This document shows positions 52,776-64,000 of a DNA stretch of 64,000 nt, one piece after another. The translations under genes and the position numbers were made by a program. The notes beneath the pieces are model-generated. The model ran no database searches. It worked only from the letters and a program-made list of their open reading frames with translations, and was not told where the DNA came from. The stretch covers positions 207,000 to 270,999 of the forward strand of contig NW_018406963.1 of assembly GCF_002113885.1 (NCBI RefSeq), written 5' to 3'. How positions within the stretch are numbered: position 1 is the first letter of the stretch; each line of letters starts with the position of its first letter. This stretch comes from Mizuhopecten yessoensis (lineage: Eukaryota).

Positions 52776-55700
52776 ACACCTACACAAACATGAACATATA
52801 TGACATTGAAGTTAGGAAAAGCACTATATTAATATTTAAATTGATGTGTATTTTTCGCAATTGAACAAATAAATGTAAACTAAATAAAACGAAGGCAGCT
52901 TGGTTATATTTTCTCAAGAATCCACAGACTTACCTGTACTGAAAAATTCTGGACAACTTGAAAATTTCTAAGGTCTGTGGTGTAAACTATACATTTCTCC
53001 TTATTGGCTAAATTTATGAAAGTGACATTTTTAAACAACCATTAATTGGCAATTTAAGTGGCTTGACTCTTTTTTTTATATATAAATAAGGTAAATCATT
53101 ATGAAAATGTAATTAATGAATCTTTTAAAAGTGAAAATGTGATTGAATTTCTGATTGGGTCTTTGTATTTGAAACAATTATTGATTATCAGGATATTGAT
53201 TTAGGTTGATTAAAATGTGGAGTAGAATCGAGCTTAAGTTGCTTTTAGTTCTGCTTCGTGTAGCTTCATTATGTTGTGAATAGAATCAAGATACATGTAT
53301 TAAGGTTAACTCATTCATTCCTTCATTTTTAAACTGGACTTGCCCAGTCATTGATTTGGTAAGGTTCAAATGTGACTTTAGGGGTGAATGGGTTAAGGGT
53401 ACCTGAGTTAAACTATATTACCATTTTCACCATTGGAAACTGATTGTTGAAGCCCTTTTCAAAAGAAGAGTTCCATGTTTATCAAAACAATGTTTCCATG
53501 CTTTATACTGATTACAGTTGTTCAAAACTTGAATGTTTAAAAATAGAAATTAAAAAAATCTGATACGAAAAACAGCAGGAGTCGAACTCAGGACCTCTGC
53601 TACATACAAAGCCTACTCTTTATACAATTTGCCGTCTAGGAATCATTACTGCTAATGATGAAAACTTGGGGCCAACCTATTGGCCTCAAAAGCCCATGAA
53701 AAACTTGACAGGGGAAGTTACTCTAAGTCAAAAAATATCCTTTTGATTGCTTCATCTTCTATATAGAAGGGAGATTACTCAAAGTTTACAAACAAACTCT
53801 TGGTGGAACCCTTTTTTACGAATATAACTAGTGGGTGCCTGTTACTTATATGTTTTTTTTCCAGATATAGTATATATACCGGCTTCATACCTCTCTCGGA
53901 CTCTGTCTCGTCAGAAAACTTGGTTTTACAGACAGTAGGTATATTTTAAGTAAGAGAATTATGAAAATTAAACAGTGAAATATTTTTTAAGAAGATTAAG
54001 TAAATCATTCCTTTGACACATGTCCGTTTTAAATGTATTTATAACACATAAATGTGTTCCCAAACTGGTCAATGCTAACGTAGTTTATTTGAAAGAGAAA
54101 ATGTAGTGGGTTAATTATCACACAGGTCAGTAAATTCAACCGAATACAACATGCGGGTATACAGTCAGACATGTCTATATAACACACACTTTGGACTATC
54201 AATAGTTGACAAATGGTACAGAGTATGCTGTTACTCCCACGGGGGCTAGACACGGACCTACGTCCTTATGAATGCATGTACATTTGTACGTATCTTTGAC
54301 CTTGTCAATTGTCAAATATATTCAGTCGTGGGAAGGATCATAGTCGAGATTTGTTAAATAGTCATCTGCCAATCATTTTATAGTGATGCAGGTCCTTTTA
54401 TTGTCTATTCGAAATTTTACCGCTGTTAATACACATACACAGAATTGAAGGCTTTTCACGTCAACTTGTACATTGAAAGCGAAACCCTTTCGAAAATAGA
54501 CACGTCCTTGTCATCACTGTGTAAAGAAATTAAATAACCCTAGTCCATGGTTCAGACCGCAATTCCCTCTAATATGTTGGTTAACCTGTTAACATGTTAA
54601 TTATAATACATCAAGGAGATATTATGGAGTATATCTGCATTAAAATAAGAAGTGCATTTAAATCATCTTTGTTATGATTTGATATCATTGATAAAAATAA
54701 AATAAATTTTAATTTTGTTTACCAACGAAGCTACATTTGTGTGAAAGGACAATTGTAAGATTTAAAAAAAATAAATGTATGCAGTCACAGCATTGTGTGA
54801 ATAAAGTTTCATCTCAAACAGCTACAGGTTTAGTCAAAGACTTAGACATTCCTGTTACAAATGTTAAGTTTAATATCTGTGTCGTCGGTGCAAACGAGTT
54901 TCCTGGACGTCACCAAAATGTTTGCTTCTGACGATATTCGAGGCGGGAAGTAAAGCTTTAAAAGTGACTCTGAACAATTGCATTCATACGAACGAAATTT
55001 CTTATTATAGAGGAAACTTATAGAGGATCTTGCAGCGGAAATGTATATAAACAAAATTAAAAAATGAAACAAAATGAGACAAGAAAGTATGATCGCTCGT
55101 CAATTATTATTATTATTATATTCTCAACGGCCCATCAACACAAACCAGCTCATTAGGGCCAATACAGTAGCCAAAACATGTTTAAGGGGAAATATCAAAC
55201 TAACGAAAAGGTAAAAGATAAACGTCAACTTGAATACATTGTTAAAGTGGCTATGATTTAGTTATATCTTTCTGAACAGACCGACAGTTTTTAGATAGTT
55301 AAGAATTATAGAGGTACTGTCTTTTTCGAAAAGTGATTTCAGATCTGTTAAACTTGTCAACTGCAAGGACAAAAATGCACTTGTATTGCATTGTACAACT
55401 TTATTTGGTTTATTTTGCTATTAAAAGTATAAAAAATCAAAACACCCATACAATGTAACTATGTATCACATCCTGAAGCGCTTCGATATAATTTTGTATA
55501 GAAAAAGTTGGAAAATAATGTTCGTAATGATCTTTGAAACATGCTATTGATACCACCTAGTGCATAAAGAAAAGAAATTTGATCCATGTGCGACATGTGT
55601 GTGAAAGTGACGATTTGTTTCTTAAATATCAGTTTGAAGAGCGACCCTTATTTCCCGCATGTTATAGGGGGCCGGAGTTCTGACGTTAATCGATGCCAGA

Positions 55701-56413
55701 ACGATATAAAAACAGTCGATAAAACGTCAGAATAATAAGGACTAAGTTTGAGGCTGAGGCTGAAGGCAATCCTTGTTTGTTTCTGATTATTGCCATGCTA
55801 ATTAGTATGTTTTAATTTCCTTTCAAATGTAAAAAGGAAGGTTAATTGTGGTATGAAACACTGCAATGTAATAATGTGGTGACATTTTATATTACATTGT
55901 TCTAAACATGTATGCTTGAATTTATTGGAAGTTATAACAGACCCGGAAACATTTTTTTATTAATTTCATTTTATTTCAATAATCATGATGCAGTGTAAGA
56001 ATTTCTATTTCATTTCACATTTGTATGCAGTATGAGTGAGACAATTTTTGTATTGCTATGTTTAAGTTTTTCACCCTCTCCGGAGGTTTGTGGAAATAAA
56101 GCCATTAAACAGCACAGCTTCGATTTATATAAATAACACGAAACAAATAAACATTACAAAAAGTCCCCTCCACCAGATCCTGATAGGGGATTACACACGA
56201 TTCTAATTTAAATATCTTATCGGATCTAGATGGATGCAAATAAGAAAAACAAACAGCTTCCGGATTTTTTTTTGCCACTTTCGAATTTCTAAAATCATTC
56301 TTTTTTATTTATCTAAAATATTGTGCTCCCCTAAATGTTAACATCTGAAACAGTTATGTTTGTATTCGTCGATACTTTTCCCGATTACTTGGATCGTAAC
56401 AAATTATTTCCTT

Positions 56414-62375
<5,962 letters not shown>

Positions 62376-62450
62376 CGTTAATGCTTTAGACTGCTCCAGG
62401 AGAGTGATGACTACCGCCTATGATTAAACAACTGTGAGTCAAGTTATGTG

Positions 62451-63548
62451 ATAGTTAACTGGCGCTAGGTCAGACATGAACTTGAATACCCTCACCGGGA
62501 AGACATGTACAGATAACAGATATTTTAATGTTGTATTAAGTCACATCGAAACTAGGCCAAACATTTTTGTGAGAATCTAGGTTTTCCAAATGACCGTAAT
62601 ATATAGCAGGGGATTAGACTGACATAATATAGCTTCCTTCATATTTCTTTGTTTTCAAGTATTTACACTCCAAATACGACCCCTTCCCATGAAAATGATG
62701 GGTATGACATCTGTAAATTGGTTTAGATCATATCTGAGTAACAGACATCAGACAGTCAAAATTGACGAAAATGATTTGATTCATAGCCATACAATTACTA
62801 TCCAACCACTTTCGACACCCCCAACCCTCGTCCCTACCCCTAACTAAAGTTATAGTAAAAATCTTGTTTTTCATAAATAAATCAGAAGGTATATAATTCA
62901 AAATTCAGATATCTGTCTCGTTACCTTTCTATAAAATGTCTTTAAAACTTCAGCTTTAAAAGAAGAAAATATTCTCATCAGCTGATAATATTGGGTCAAC
63001 TGACTTTGTGGGGTTTCTGCGGTTACCCCGTTTTCTTCTCACATCAAGACTTTCTGTGTGTTTCTATCCTGGCCAACCAACAACAGCTAGTAATATAAGT
63101 AATATAAAAAATGTCTAAAATTGCAAAATATATAAAGTTTAGATATAAAATAATACCAAAACGATAAACTAGAAGCAGTAGTGCAATGTAAGCCCACGCA
63201 CTGGAATAGTTAACTGACGCTAGGTCAGACATGAACTTGAATATCCTCACCGGGAAGACATATACAGATAACAGATATTTTAATGTTGTCTTAAGTCACA
63301 TCGAAACTAGGCCAAACATTTTTGTGAGAATCTAGGTTTTCCAAATGACCGTAATATATAGCAGGGGATTAGACTGACATAATATAGCTTCCTTCATATT
63401 TCTTTGTTTTCAAGTATTTACACTCCAAATACGACCCCTTCCCATGACCATGACACGCCCTGTGGCAAGTTGAAAATGATGGGTATGACATCTGTAAATT
63501 GGTTTAGATCATATCCGAGTTACAGACATCAGACAGTCAAAATTGACG
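62451..63548 (+). repeat. ~320-bp duplication carrying a decayed SULT exon-1 remnant and the LINE junction
   Basis: 62451-62768 is nearly identical to ~63207-63548. Confidence 0.85.
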
Positions 63549-64000
63549 ACATCTACTCGGACCCAGCTACTATTACGTGTGGGGTACCACAAGGTAGTAT
63601 TTTAGGCCCTCTTTTATTCTTATGCTATGTCAACGATATGGCAATCAGCATTGATGTAGAATGCAAATTACTATTATATGCCGATGACAGTGCTATCCTT
63701 TTCGCACATCAAAGCCCAGAATTAATTTTGGTGCTGTACTTGAATCATGTGCAGAGTGGTTAGTTGATAATAAGCTTTCGTTGCATTTAGGTAAAACAGA
63801 GAGCATGCTATTTGGAACGAAAAGAAAATTAAATCAAATTGATCAATTTGAAATTGTCGCAAACAATCATACCATCAAACCAACAAAATCTGTGAAGTTT
63901 CTTGGAGCTAATATAGATTGTTGTATGTCTGGCGAAGAAATAGTAGAAAACATCGTGAAGAAACTAAATTCTAGACTGAAATTTGTATACAGACAAAGTA
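63447..64000 (+). mobile_element. 5'-truncated LINE (CR1/L2-like) reverse transcriptase fragment, runs off the window
   Basis: NWFRSY...GVPQGSILGPLLFLCYVNDM...LYADDS, then after a frameshift WLVDNKLSLHLGKTESMLFG...VKFLG. Confidence 0.9.

Overview
AT-rich, intron-rich animal genomic DNA. The SINE and HINE repeat types suggest a bivalve mollusc (inference). Contents, left to right: (1) the 3' part (14 exons) of an EFCAB5-like EF-hand/GAF gene on + (482-16368), whose introns hold a minisatellite copied from its own splice donor and a composite higher-order satellite; (2) two tandem BTB-BACK-PHR (BTBD2/3/6-like) paralogs on + (25599-27480 and 45916-49328); (3) between them, a spliced minus-strand gene that the ORF track does not recover (34686-32836), encoding a 188-aa type I membrane protein with a tiny ectodomain and a Cys-rich cytoplasmic domain that resembles the P2X7-ballast/KolX type; (4) a decayed Polinton/Maverick (adintovirus-like) structural module on - (penton remnant, small amphipathic core/membrane protein, major capsid, adenain protease) plus rearranged terminal repeats and a 29-30 bp satellite (about 35660-41902); (5) a complete 5-exon cytosolic sulfotransferase on - (62375-56414), with duplicated pseudo-exon-1 remnants and a truncated LINE RT upstream; (6) many SINEs, MITEs (including 22-39 bp palindromes with 7-bp TSDs) and tandem repeats. 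There is one assembly gap (27874-27971). All calls were made by eye from the sequence; no database searches were run.
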